From contig JAAFKI010000154.1 in NCBI GenBank assembly GCA_021399345.1, forward strand, positions 24,498 to 88,497: a stretch of DNA of 64,000 nucleotides, written 5' to 3'. This stretch comes from Candidatus Heimdallarchaeota archaeon. Its GTDB lineage: Archaea; Asgardarchaeota; Heimdallarchaeia; Heimdallarchaeales; Heimdallarchaeaceae. The notes beneath the pieces are model-generated. The model did not search any database, was not told where the DNA came from, and saw nothing but the letters and a program-made list of their open reading frames with translations. The position numbers were made by a program, and so were the translations under genes. This document shows, one piece after another, positions 49,847 to 60,172 of this stretch; position 1 is the first letter of the stretch, and every line of letters begins with the position of its first letter.

Positions 49847-50311
49847 TTAAACTAAAAGTAAAACCATTTCACTTTTAGTTTCTACAAAACCTTTTTTCTC
49901 ATATATTGATTTACCAATATCGGTTGTATGTAGCCTAATTTTTCTTATTCCTCTTTTCCTAGCTTCATTTACAGTTCTATCTAGAAGATTCCCTCCTATC
50001 CCCTGTTTTCTGTATTCAGGAAGTGTATACATATTCATGAGATAAGCTTCTTCTCCTGAAGGATTTTCATATGAGGGAGGTACAACATGGAAAGATAAAT
50101 CACTTGTAGCAATAATTTTTCCTTCATCCTCGGCTAACCAAGATACAAATAATTTGTTAGGTATCTTCTCTTTGAAATAGCTATAAAGCGATTTTTTCAA
50201 CTCTTCTACAGAACTTGAAGATCCTACTTCCTCAGCTTCTTGTAAGAATACTATTCTCAATAATACTAGATTATCAACATCCTCCATTGTTGTAAGTCTA
50301 TAATCAACCAT
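49847..50311 (-). CDS. GNAT family N-acetyltransferase
   Basis: NMYTLPEYRKQGIG, YEKKGF. Confidence 0.9.
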   Translation of the reverse strand: MVDYRLTTMEDVDNLVLLRIVFLQEAEEVGSSSSVEELKKSLYSYFKEKIPNKLFVSWLAEDEGKIIATSDLSFHVVPPSYENPSGEEAYLMNMYTLPEYRKQGIGGNLLDRTVNEARKRGIRKIRLHTTDIGKSIYEKKGFVETKSEMVLLLV

Positions 50312-50382
50312 CAGTAGTCGAGAACAGCATACTTGAACTTTAATAAAGTTTAATCTGAAGACTTGAATGGTTTAAGAAAAAT

Positions 50383-50491
50383 TGGTGCCTCAACCGGGAT
50401 TTGAACCCGGGTCTGCGGATATTCCTGCTTAGTCACGCGGACTTTCTCATGTGAAAGTCCGCAATGATTGGCCGAGCTACACCATTGAGGC
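50383..50491 (-). tRNA. tRNA-Glu(TTC) with ~31-nt intron (50421-50451)
   Basis: GCCTCAA acceptor, GCGGA-CT-TTC-A[intron]A-TCCGC, GTTCAAATC, CCA end. Confidence 0.9.
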
Positions 50492-50539
50492 ATTGCTTGT
50501 TATAACGCTTCTTTGCGCTATTCTTTTTAATATTTTTCG

Positions 50540-51322
50540 TTATTTGCTTATTATTAGCTTTTTTATGAATTGTTCTATCTTCTTAAAGGCTTCTTCTCTA
50601 TTTTCATCTACAGTTAGTATATGATCCCCGCTTTGAAGTTGTACCAATTCTTTTTCTGATTTTAAATCTTCATAAATCCATTCTGCACTTTTGGGAGTTA
50701 TTGTCTTATCTTCTTTTGAATGTATGATTAGTGCAGGAATATCAATTTGATTTACTCTTCTATGTAAAACGTTTAGCATCTTTAAAATTTGATAAGCAGC
50801 GTATGTTGAATCATCAGGATAAGCAAACAAATCGTTTTCAACATACCATTTTATCCTATCGATATTTCTAGGTCTATGTATTTTGAAGAAATGCAATAAC
50901 CATATTAAGGGGGTGAGTTTTCTTGAAAATCTATATAATGAATTTATTGTAAAAAAACCTGTAAACTTGAGCTTGGTACATGCATATAGAGTTAAGGCGC
51001 CACCTAGCGAAATACCACCGATATATATGTTTTTGTAATTTTTGGCACACTCATCATATATATTAGCAATATTCTCGTACCAATCCATCCAACTGATTGA
51101 ATCCATATCTTTGGGATCTGTTCCATGGCCAGTTAGGAGAATACCATAAATATCATATCCATTCTTGCACAAATATTTGCCAAGCGGTCTAGTTTCTGTT
51201 GCAGAAGCACCAAAACCATGTACTAGAATAACCAAAGTATTTGTTTCATTCATTTTTTCAGCCTTAAAGAAATATGGTTTTGCTAATTCTTTGAGTTTAT
51301 CAGGAATAATGGTCTCTTGCAT
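50540..51322 (-). CDS. Alpha/beta hydrolase (carboxylesterase/monoacylglycerol lipase-like)
   Basis: VHGF, GHG, GISLGG nucleophile elbow, catalytic D and H. Confidence 0.88.
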   Translation of the reverse strand: MQETIIPDKLKELAKPYFFKAEKMNETNTLVILVHGFGASATETRPLGKYLCKNGYDIYGILLTGHGTDPKDMDSISWMDWYENIANIYDECAKNYKNIYIGGISLGGALTLYACTKLKFTGFFTINSLYRFSRKLTPLIWLLHFFKIHRPRNIDRIKWYVENDLFAYPDDSTYAAYQILKMLNVLHRRVNQIDIPALIIHSKEDKTITPKSAEWIYEDLKSEKELVQLQSGDHILTVDENREEAFKKIEQFIKKLIISK

Positions 51323-51480
51323 TCTAAGTGTTCAAAGATAAAAGCGCTTAAAATTTCGTTGGTTTGACATAAATACTTGAATAGAAAAAACTATTTTTTC
51401 CTTCAAGGTTTCTATATCTATTTAAGCAATTCTGAAAAAAGTTTATTAAACAATAATACATACATTCTGTAGGTGATGTC

Positions 51481-51717
51481 TTGATGGCAATAGCTTTTAT
51501 TCTGATAAATAGTGAGATTGGAGAAGAAAAGGGCGTACTCAACCAACTAATGTCCTTACCCAACGTAAAAGAAGCTCATGTTGTTTATGGTGTTTATGAT
51601 CTAATTGCAAAAATTGAAGCAGATACAATGGATGAGTTAAAGAAAATTGTTACTGAAAATCTAAGAGCTTTAGAGAATGTACGTAGCACCATGACTATGA
51701 TTTGCGTTGAGAAATAA
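51481..51717 (+). CDS. Stand-alone Lrp/AsnC ligand-binding domain protein
   Basis: VYGVYDLIAKIEA...VRSTMTMI. Confidence 0.88.
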   Translation: MMAIAFILINSEIGEEKGVLNQLMSLPNVKEAHVVYGVYDLIAKIEADTMDELKKIVTENLRALENVRSTMTMICVEK

Positions 51718-51816
51718 ACATTTCCATTCTTTTTTATTCTAAATCCATCCTATTTCTTTTTGTGTACTTTTTATCTTCTGGTAAATTTTAAATAAAAGTC
51801 TACAATCTTCTACACT

Positions 51817-52527
51817 ATGGCATATGAGATTCTATATGAGATTCTTTTAGTGGTTGCAGGCTATTTGTTTGGCTCAATACCCTTTGCATATATAGTTGGT
51901 AAAGTTGGTCGTGGAATTGACATAAGGGACTATGGTTCAGGAAATATGGGTGCAACTAATGTAATGAGAGCACTAGGAAAGAAAGCAGGTTTCCTAACAA
52001 TGGGACTTGATATGATAAAGGGGACAATACCAGTACTTCTAGCTAGACTTTATATCTGGTTAGGAAATTATTCAGGATTTGGAACTAAAAGTGGAGGAAC
52101 AGACTTTCCAAAGTTCCTTGATGAAGGATTTCTGTTAACTTTAGTAGCTCTAATGGCAGTAGTAGGTCATGCTTTACCTGTTTGGGTTAAATTCAAAGGA
52201 GGAAAATCTGCAGCTGTAGGATCTGGTGCAATACTGGGAATCAACCCCATTGCTTTTGTGATTATTATTCTATTGTGGATTCCTTTACTAAAATTTACCA
52301 AAATCATGTCACTTTCAAATTTAATAATGGCATTAGTGGCACCTGTTATATATTGGATTTTTGCAGGAACTGATTGGTTTTTCAATGGCAGTCTTTGGGC
52401 ACTAATTGTTGCTTGTATAATGGTTGTATTTATTTTCTGGCGTCATAAGGCGAACCTCAAACGATTACTTACTGGAACAGAAAGGAAAATGGGAGAAAAG
52501 GTAGAAATAGAACCCGAAAAAGTATAA
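51817..52527 (+). CDS. plsY: Glycerol-3-phosphate acyltransferase PlsY
   Basis: YLFGSIP, GSGNMGATN..R, DMIKG, GH..P..FKGGK, RHKANLKRL..GTE. Confidence 0.9.
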   Translation: MAYEILYEILLVVAGYLFGSIPFAYIVGKVGRGIDIRDYGSGNMGATNVMRALGKKAGFLTMGLDMIKGTIPVLLARLYIWLGNYSGFGTKSGGTDFPKFLDEGFLLTLVALMAVVGHALPVWVKFKGGKSAAVGSGAILGINPIAFVIIILLWIPLLKFTKIMSLSNLIMALVAPVIYWIFAGTDWFFNGSLWALIVACIMVVFIFWRHKANLKRLLTGTERKMGEKVEIEPEKV

Positions 52528-52596
52528 TCCTCTTCCTTCTTTACAATCCAAAGAATATATAACAGTTTAACATATTATTCCTTTAGTGAAGGTAGT

Positions 52597-54126
52597 TTGA
52601 AAAAAACCACTCTTATTGCTATATTACTAATTGGTTTAACAGCTGTTGGTGTGAGTGGTTATTTTGTCACTAACACAATTATTACTAATTATTTCTCGGG
52701 AGAAGCTAATTTAGTTTCCTTATTTCATCCAGAAGAAATATTGAAAGGGGATCCTCTAAAGCTAAAATTTGAGTTAGATATCAGTGGAATTAACAAATTA
52801 ACGGTTGAAGCTGTTGAAATAAGAATTAGTTCCACTCTGTACTCCCTTAATGATACAATGCGTTATGATATTAATCAAGAACTTCTACGAGGTACTGAGC
52901 TTATTACCATTGATGTTGGGCCTCTATTAAACACAAGTACGGGATTCTTTGCACTAAATGTTGGAGAATATAAAACAGAGTTTGTTAATTTCGCATTTGA
53001 GGATAAAGCTCCGGATGTTTTAGAAGAATTGTCAATGATTTTCAACGTTGTTAATCCACAAGAAACGGAACAACTATCAAATGAAAAATTTCAGGATGGA
53101 CTAAGTGGTTGGAATATTAATCAAGTGAGCGATAATACATCTGTAGAAATTACCACTCATGGTTCTTTGGATGGAAATAGCCTTCTTATTAGCAATAATC
53201 AAGATGTACAACCAAATAATTCTATCTGGGTTAGTATCTCGCAAACAATCAATATGACTAACAGTCATTTTCTCTCTTTTGAACAAGTTATAGAAAGTAC
53301 TAACAGTAGTATTAACTTTAAGCTGTTCTTAGGTGGCATCGAAGCTAATATGAGCTTGGAACTCAATGTAGGTTCAGTACAAAATCAGATTATACACTAT
53401 GGTGAAGCTTCAGGAATCACCAACGTTACCTTACAGATATCTTTCACCTATGCCGATAATAATACCAATGTCTACCTTGATGATTTATCCATTCTACAAT
53501 ATGAACATCGTGTTTATGTTTTGATGCTTAATGACAATTGGGAAACTATTGTAAACGAGATAGGAAGATCAGATCTCTTTACAACCATTGCAGCAACATC
53601 ATATTTCTTTGAAAAGGAACTTGGAATCAAGCTGATACCTATTCTAGAACTCGAATGGCACCCATCTAATCTTAGCTGGATGGTGGTGGATGATGATGCT
53701 TTAGCTTCAGCAGGTGAGATGTTAGGCTTGGAATCTGAATGGAATGTTGCAACAGGCAGATCTAACCAAAATCATGGTTTTGATCTCTTAACATCATATT
53801 CGAATCAAACATCTGAACACTTTGGATTTGCTTATTATGAAATGAATGCATGTTTTCATTTCGGTCAATCAGAAGAACTAGGTGAGTATAGTTGGTTAAC
53901 AATTGTCGAAGATTGGGCTGAAAATCTTATTCAACACGAAATCAGTCACAACTTTGGTGCTCATGATAGAGATAGAACATTTTTCCCTCCTAGTGTTATG
54001 AGTAAACCATCAAATCCCGATCAAGTTGTTGCAGATTTTCTGATAAACAAACTCTGGTTACAAGTTAACAACTGGTTAACAGAAGATATTTTGATAATGT
54101 TAGCAAATAGAGCAATGTTTGATTAA
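52597..54126 (+). CDS. Membrane-anchored metzincin (M12-like) zinc protease with beta-sandwich domains
   Basis: HEISHNFGAHD plus SVM Met-turn; N-terminal anchor. Confidence 0.72.
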   Translation: MKKTTLIAILLIGLTAVGVSGYFVTNTIITNYFSGEANLVSLFHPEEILKGDPLKLKFELDISGINKLTVEAVEIRISSTLYSLNDTMRYDINQELLRGTELITIDVGPLLNTSTGFFALNVGEYKTEFVNFAFEDKAPDVLEELSMIFNVVNPQETEQLSNEKFQDGLSGWNINQVSDNTSVEITTHGSLDGNSLLISNNQDVQPNNSIWVSISQTINMTNSHFLSFEQVIESTNSSINFKLFLGGIEANMSLELNVGSVQNQIIHYGEASGITNVTLQISFTYADNNTNVYLDDLSILQYEHRVYVLMLNDNWETIVNEIGRSDLFTTIAATSYFFEKELGIKLIPILELEWHPSNLSWMVVDDDALASAGEMLGLESEWNVATGRSNQNHGFDLLTSYSNQTSEHFGFAYYEMNACFHFGQSEELGEYSWLTIVEDWAENLIQHEISHNFGAHDRDRTFFPPSVMSKPSNPDQVVADFLINKLWLQVNNWLTEDILIMLANRAMFD

Positions 54127-54189
54127 GCTAGTATAACAAGAACGAAAAGCTTAATTAGATTAGTTAAACGCAAATAGTGTAGAATTATT

Positions 54190-54266
54190 GGCCGGATGGT
54201 CTAGCTTGGTATGGCCCCTGGTTTGGGACCAGGAGATCCCGTGTTCAAATCACGGTCCGGCCACCA
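54190..54266 (+). tRNA. tRNA-Pro(TGG)
   Basis: CCTGG-TT-TGG-GA-CCAGG, GTTCAAATC, CCA end. Confidence 0.95.
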
Positions 54267-54339
54267 CTTTTCTTCTTATTATTTTTTATTCTCTTGTTTC
54301 AGAGAACTTCTTATAAATTAGGAAATAAAAAGAAAAGCT

Positions 54340-55206
54340 ATGAAGATAGGTTTTGTTACAGATAGTGGTTCAGATATCGATCTTGATTATGCTGACAAAA
54401 TAGGTGTAAAAGTTGTCCCTTTGACTGTAACTTTTAGCGATGCAGATGACGTTGTACATATAGAGGACAGAAGTTTTAATCTTGATTTTTATTATGGCAA
54501 ATATGACTCAGTTGATGATTTCTCCGCGAAAACTGCTCAACCAACCCCTAATGACTTCTTTACAGTGTATGAAGAACTAGCAAAAGAAGGAGTAGAAGAA
54601 ATAATAGTGGTAACTCTAAGTTCAGGTTTAAGTGGAACGATTAATAGTGCACGTTTGGGTGCGAATATGCTTAAAAGAAAAAATGAGAAAATTAAAGTTC
54701 ACCTTGTCGATGCATTAAATGCTTCATATTCTGAGGTAATTTTGATCGAAAAAGGTTTGAAACTACAAGAACAAGGTTTAGATGCTGATGAAATAGCGAA
54801 GAAACTAAGAGAACATGTTAAAAACATCAAAACTTACATACTTCTTCCTTCATTGAAATACTTGCGCAGGGGGGGTAGAATCTCAGTTACGAAATACATT
54901 CTTGGAACACTACTAAGAAAGAAACCAATTACAGTTGTTAATGAAGAAGGTAAAAACGAAGTTGCTGCAACAGTAACAGAAACAGATGAAGGTTTTCAAA
55001 AAATCCTCGAATTAACTTCAGAGAATTTTTCTAGATTTCCAAAACAAGTTATTGTACTTCACGGTAATAATGAGCAATTAGCTGAAAGAATGGAGAAACT
55101 AGTAGAAAAATACTTCAAAGATGTGAAAATAATAAAAAGATGCACAGGAGTTACAATATCTGCACACACAGGTCCAGACATCGTTGCCTTAGTATCAGAA
55201 TTCTAA
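54340..55206 (+). CDS. DegV/FakB fatty-acid-binding protein
   Basis: VTDSGSD, KTAQP, LSSGLSGT, YLRRGGRI, SAHTGP. Confidence 0.92.
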   Translation: MKIGFVTDSGSDIDLDYADKIGVKVVPLTVTFSDADDVVHIEDRSFNLDFYYGKYDSVDDFSAKTAQPTPNDFFTVYEELAKEGVEEIIVVTLSSGLSGTINSARLGANMLKRKNEKIKVHLVDALNASYSEVILIEKGLKLQEQGLDADEIAKKLREHVKNIKTYILLPSLKYLRRGGRISVTKYILGTLLRKKPITVVNEEGKNEVAATVTETDEGFQKILELTSENFSRFPKQVIVLHGNNEQLAERMEKLVEKYFKDVKIIKRCTGVTISAHTGPDIVALVSEF

Positions 55207-55212
55207 TATTTT

Positions 55213-55460
55213 CTATTCGTTCAATCTTTCTGAAGTTATAAGAGCTCTTAGATAATCATTCAACGCATGAAATCGTTCTTCATAGCTCTTCTTCGGACTG
55301 TAAAGAGCTTGGTCTTCAACAGAAACAAGAATTCTTCATAGAAGTGAAACAACATATCTTCTTGTATTGTCTCCCTTATTATAATGGGTGTTGTTAGAAA
55401 GAAGTAAAGTCGTTCTAATAAGGTAGGTCTATTATTCTCTAAGATAATTGTATCTTCTAA
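55213..55460 (-). pseudogene. Possible frameshifted gene remnant
   Basis: Two overlapping open frames (LEDTIILENNRP... and ...SVEDQALYSPKKSYEERFHALNDYLRALITSERLNE*) without a clear start. Confidence 0.25.
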
Positions 55461-55472
55461 TCAACAATAAAT

Positions 55473-56555
55473 CTACATCATTTTTACTGAACCATCAAAA
55501 AATTTGTGAAACTTCCTAGGTAAGTCTTGATAATTAACTTCCTCTATAACAGAAGTCAGATCAGCAGAGCTCTTTGAATTCCAGAAGATAATAATTTCAT
55601 CTTTCTGCAATTTATTTTTTCGAATATAATCTATCAAACCACTAAGGGTTTTACCAGTATATACATATTCCAGTTTGAGCTCATCCTTCTTTGCTATTTT
55701 GATTGCTTCCATTGCTTCCTCTGTTGGAACACCGTATTGCCCCCCAAAATATCTATGATCAACAATTAGTCTTTCTCCAATCACATCAGAAACATCGGGA
55801 ATAGAAGAATCTCTTGTTCTCATCAGTTCTAATGCTTTGACAGCTAAGTCTAGTGTGTTTTTCTTGGAACTCCAAATAGGATCAGTTACACCTATACCGA
55901 TTACCTTTGTTCTTACTTTCGCCAATTCCAAACCTAGAACTAATCCAGCGCAAGTAGCAAGAGAACCAACTGTTACAAATAATTTATCTGGTTCAGGAAT
56001 TAGTTTTGCATCTATCTGTTCTTTAAGTTCAAAAGCAGCATTAACAAACCCTAATGTCCCCAATGGAGAACTTGCACCTGTTGTAACAAAATACGCTTTT
56101 TTATCAATGAATAATCTTGCTTTTATTGCTAATTTTCTTCGAAAGTTGCTCTTCATCAAGTTTAACCTTGCACCAAAATAATGATGACAAAGAAGATTTT
56201 CCCTCACATGTTGAGATAGTTTCTGTTCTACTAAAAATAGATGAGTTTCCAAACCAAACTTTTTTGCATGTACTGTGGTTGCTAAACCATGGTTTGTACC
56301 AATTGCCCCTTGTGTAAGAATCCTTTTCTTATTTTTCTTCAATATATCAGCAAAGACAAATTCATACTTCCTTAGTTTGTTTCCACCATATATGTCGTCT
56401 GTTAAGTCATCTCTTTTAACCCAAATTTCTTTGTGGTTAAGCTCTTTACTTATTTCTTCCATTTTGTGGATTGGAGTGGGGGAGTTAATAGTAGAAACCC
56501 AAGGAATATTTCTCAATTTCGGATATTTTCTGAAAAGGGGTATTTCTTCAGTCAT
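55473..56555 (-). CDS. D-cysteine desulfhydrase / ACC deaminase family PLP enzyme
   Basis: VKRDD, GGNKLRK, TNHG, YTGK. Confidence 0.88.
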   Translation of the reverse strand: MTEEIPLFRKYPKLRNIPWVSTINSPTPIHKMEEISKELNHKEIWVKRDDLTDDIYGGNKLRKYEFVFADILKKNKKRILTQGAIGTNHGLATTVHAKKFGLETHLFLVEQKLSQHVRENLLCHHYFGARLNLMKSNFRRKLAIKARLFIDKKAYFVTTGASSPLGTLGFVNAAFELKEQIDAKLIPEPDKLFVTVGSLATCAGLVLGLELAKVRTKVIGIGVTDPIWSSKKNTLDLAVKALELMRTRDSSIPDVSDVIGERLIVDHRYFGGQYGVPTEEAMEAIKIAKKDELKLEYVYTGKTLSGLIDYIRKNKLQKDEIIIFWNSKSSADLTSVIEEVNYQDLPRKFHKFFDGSVKMM

Positions 56556-56669
56556 CTAGTATCTTGTTTTCTAGACTAAATAGATACTTTAAGTTTATTG
56601 AGCAGATATGCAACAAATATTTTTATTCTACTTACTATTTACTTCTTCTTGTACTAGGAGATATATCAG

Positions 56670-59039
56670 ATGAAATTATTTGAACCGTTTACAATCAATA
56701 ATACAAATCTTAGAAATCGTATTATTATGCCAGGAATGGACACCAATTTTGGTGATGAAGAGGGTAATATTCCCGATAAATTGATTGATTACTATGAATT
56801 AAGAGCAAAAGGTGGAGCTGGTTTAATTATTGTTGAAGGTGCTTTTTTTGATAAGAAAGGTGCTGGAACAGCTACTATGCTTAGTATTGAAAGTAATAAG
56901 AGAATTAACAAGTTCAAGGAATTAGTTAATACAATTAAGAAACACGGGGCTCATGCTTTAATACAGATATATCATGCTGGTGCTCAAGCTTCCTCATATA
57001 TGATAGGTCTTCAAGCAGTAGCACCTTCAGCTATTCCTTTTGAAATGGCGGGTGAAACACCTGAACCACTAACTCAGAAACAAATTTCTAAAATCGTCAA
57101 GGGATATAGTGAAGCTTGTTTAAGAGCAAAAAAAGCTGGTTTTGATGGTGTAGAGATTCATGCGGGACATGGTTATTTGCTCAATCAATTCTTTTCTTTA
57201 AGAACAAACAAACGTGATGATGAATATGGAGGACAATCTTTTGAAAACAGAACTAGAGCTGCTGTTGAAATCATAAGAGAAGTAAGAAAGAAATGTGGCA
57301 ATGATTTCATAATTGGTTTTAGATTAAATGGAAGTGATTATATTCCAGAAGGGTTGGAAGTAGGGGATGTTATTCAAATTGCTCAAATTCTAGAAGATGA
57401 AGGAATTGATCTGATAAACATAACTGGAGGGGTTTTTGATAGTCCTGGATTCCCTATTGTGCCATATATGAACTATCCAAAGGGGTGTTTCAGTTATAAT
57501 GCTCAGCAAGTTAAACAAGCTCTGAAGAAGACACCTATTGCTGTAGTAGGAAGAATTAATACAGCAGAAATTGCAGAAGAGATCTTACAACAGGATAAAG
57601 CTGATTTAGTATCTATAGGAAGAGCACTAATTGCAGATCCTGAGTTTCCAAATAAAATTAAAGCTGGAAAACAAGATACTATACGCACCTGTATAGGCTG
57701 TAATGCTTGTTTAAATCAAATAATGACAGAACAACAAGTGCAATGCGCAATTAATCCAAACTTAACTGGTTCTGATGAAGATATAGAAATTACGAGAGAA
57801 TCAAAGAAAATTTTAGTTGTAGGAACGGGTCCTGCAGGCATGGAGTTTTCTAGAATAGCAAAAATGCGCAATCATGATGTATGTGTTATTGAAAAAAGTG
57901 CATTCATAGGAGGTTCATTGAATTTTGCAAGAATGGCTCCAATGAAGAAAGAAGTTCAGAATCTTATTGATTATTATAATTTCACTTTTGATAATTTGGG
58001 TATTGAAGTTAAACTAAAAACACCATTTTCAGAAGAGATTCTTGCTGAACATAAACCAGATATGCTCGTGCTAGCAACAGGTATTGCTCCTAAAATTCCA
58101 GAAATAAAGGGGATTGAGGAAAGTAAATATCATCTCTATTCTGAAGTTTTAGGTGGAAGAATTCCGAAAGGACAACGAGTGGTTGTGTTAGGTGGAGATA
58201 TGATTGGTATAGAAGTAGCAGAATTCCTTTCGTGTGCAAATAAAGAAGTAACTTTAATCAGTAAACAAAAGAGATTGGGTAGTGATCTTTACTCTCTTGT
58301 TGCAAGAGAGGTGGTTACAGCAATAGAAGAAGATGAAAAAATTGACATATTGCTTGAAACTGAAGTTAAAGAAATAAAAGAAAACAAACTCACTATAGAA
58401 CAAAGTGGTCAGAAGTCTATAATTGATTACGATGATATCGTTATTACAATTGCACAAGCCTCAAATGAAGCGGAAAATCTAGCCAAAGGAAAAATCGATA
58501 AAATCTTCAAAATAGGTGATTGTAAGGAGATTCAACCTCGAAAAATTCTCGATTCTGTACAAGAAGGATATGAATTAGCAATAATCATTGAAACTCCTGA
58601 AGCCGATTTGTTATTTGCAGATGAACTTGAACAAAAAGTTGGGGATTTAAAATCTTTAATGAGAATAAAGATTAAGCGACGTACATTCACTAATGACGAT
58701 ATACTTAACTATCTAGATTTGCTAGCTCAAGTCTGTAATGAGAATGAAAAGATACAGAAGAAGAATAAGAAAGCAAAACTAGAGTTCCAAATATCAATTA
58801 GTGACGAGAAATATTACTACATCAAAGTTAACAACGGAAATTTCACTACAGGTGAAGGTAAACTCGAGCAACCAAGTGTGAGAATTTGGATTGATTCATC
58901 TATTGCCAGTGGAATATTCATGGGGACTGTAAACGCTGCTTCCGCATACATGGCTAAAGAAATTAAGTTTGAAGGTTCAATGATGCTAGGTCTTAAGTTT
59001 AGAAACTTTACAGATGCAGTGGTAAGTGAACTAGAGTAA
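56670..59039 (+). CDS. NADH:flavin oxidoreductase (OYE / 2,4-dienoyl-CoA reductase-like) fused to a C-terminal SCP2 domain
   Basis: RAKGGAGLII, EIHAGHGYLL.QF, CIGCNAC...C, GTGPAG; tail VNAASAYMAKEIKFEGSM. Confidence 0.88.
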   Translation: MKLFEPFTINNTNLRNRIIMPGMDTNFGDEEGNIPDKLIDYYELRAKGGAGLIIVEGAFFDKKGAGTATMLSIESNKRINKFKELVNTIKKHGAHALIQIYHAGAQASSYMIGLQAVAPSAIPFEMAGETPEPLTQKQISKIVKGYSEACLRAKKAGFDGVEIHAGHGYLLNQFFSLRTNKRDDEYGGQSFENRTRAAVEIIREVRKKCGNDFIIGFRLNGSDYIPEGLEVGDVIQIAQILEDEGIDLINITGGVFDSPGFPIVPYMNYPKGCFSYNAQQVKQALKKTPIAVVGRINTAEIAEEILQQDKADLVSIGRALIADPEFPNKIKAGKQDTIRTCIGCNACLNQIMTEQQVQCAINPNLTGSDEDIEITRESKKILVVGTGPAGMEFSRIAKMRNHDVCVIEKSAFIGGSLNFARMAPMKKEVQNLIDYYNFTFDNLGIEVKLKTPFSEEILAEHKPDMLVLATGIAPKIPEIKGIEESKYHLYSEVLGGRIPKGQRVVVLGGDMIGIEVAEFLSCANKEVTLISKQKRLGSDLYSLVAREVVTAIEEDEKIDILLETEVKEIKENKLTIEQSGQKSIIDYDDIVITIAQASNEAENLAKGKIDKIFKIGDCKEIQPRKILDSVQEGYELAIIIETPEADLLFADELEQKVGDLKSLMRIKIKRRTFTNDDILNYLDLLAQVCNENEKIQKKNKKAKLEFQISISDEKYYYIKVNNGNFTTGEGKLEQPSVRIWIDSSIASGIFMGTVNAASAYMAKEIKFEGSMMLGLKFRNFTDAVVSELE

Positions 59040-59127
59040 ATGTGAATGTATTCAAAATGGTATTAAAAAAACTTAAATCATCTATCTAGTGAATTAAATC
59101 AGAAAATCAAAATATAGGGGGTCAGTT

Positions 59128-60171
59128 ATGCCTACACTTTTCAAATATGAGAAAGGAATTAAATTCTTAAAAAAGCCCGAGAATCTAACTTTAATAGCTG
59201 ACCCAACAACTGTTAAAGCTGCTGAAAATTGTGATGTAACTCTTATAACACATTCACATACTGATCATTCTCTAGCGTTTCCAAACGAAGGAATAAAAGT
59301 TTATTCTACAGAAATTGCTAGTCAACTTTTCGAAAGCTTAACAGCAAGAAAAACAAGAAATACAAAATTCGTTGAATTAAATAAAACAATTAACATTAAC
59401 GATGTGGAAGTTAAATTCATTCCTGCAGGTCATTTGCTTGGTGCTGCACAGATTGTATTCTATTTTGATGATTTAACCATCTGTTACACCGGTGACATAA
59501 GTACTGATAAGATGCTAACTGTACCAAAAGCCGCTGTTCCAGAAGACGAAGTAGACATTTTGATTACTGAGGCCACATATGGAAAGGGAGACTTATTTTT
59601 TGATTCTCGTGAAAGAATAAAAGGCTCAATTCTAAAATGGGTAGCGGAAAATCTTCAAGAAAATAAAGTTCCTGTAATCAACATGGGTCATTTAGGACCT
59701 GCACAAGAAATTATAGCTTATCTAAATGACATGTTATCTGTAGACATTTACTGCGACAATAGAACTAGTGAAATAAATAAAATATATCAAAATGAAGGTC
59801 ATAATCTTCAGTGGAATCGTTTTGATCTATTAAACGATAGTGAGTTGAAAGCTGAAAGAAGTGTAGTTCTACTTCCAAGAGCAGCTAAGGAAATTCCTGA
59901 ATTTTTGAAATCCCACAAAATCTCTAGAGGAATAGTTACTGGACAAGCTTCACGATTTGCATATTCGAGCTTTGAACAAGCTTTTCCTTTTTCAATGCAT
60001 GCGAATTGTAATGAATTGCTTGAACATGTTAAAGCTGTAAATCCCCAGAAAGTATATACTCTTTATGGTTTTGATTCAGATTTTGCAGCTATTGTTAGAC
60101 AAAAACTCAAATTATTCGCTAGACCTATAAAAATGTCTAAAAATAGATTAACGTTAGAAGAATTTCTTTAG
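59128..60171 (+). CDS. Metallo-beta-lactamase / beta-CASP nuclease
   Basis: THSHTDH, AGHLLG, YTGD, EATYG, FSMHA. Confidence 0.85.
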   Translation: MPTLFKYEKGIKFLKKPENLTLIADPTTVKAAENCDVTLITHSHTDHSLAFPNEGIKVYSTEIASQLFESLTARKTRNTKFVELNKTININDVEVKFIPAGHLLGAAQIVFYFDDLTICYTGDISTDKMLTVPKAAVPEDEVDILITEATYGKGDLFFDSRERIKGSILKWVAENLQENKVPVINMGHLGPAQEIIAYLNDMLSVDIYCDNRTSEINKIYQNEGHNLQWNRFDLLNDSELKAERSVVLLPRAAKEIPEFLKSHKISRGIVTGQASRFAYSSFEQAFPFSMHANCNELLEHVKAVNPQKVYTLYGFDSDFAAIVRQKLKLFARPIKMSKNRLTLEEFL

Positions 60172-60172
60172 A

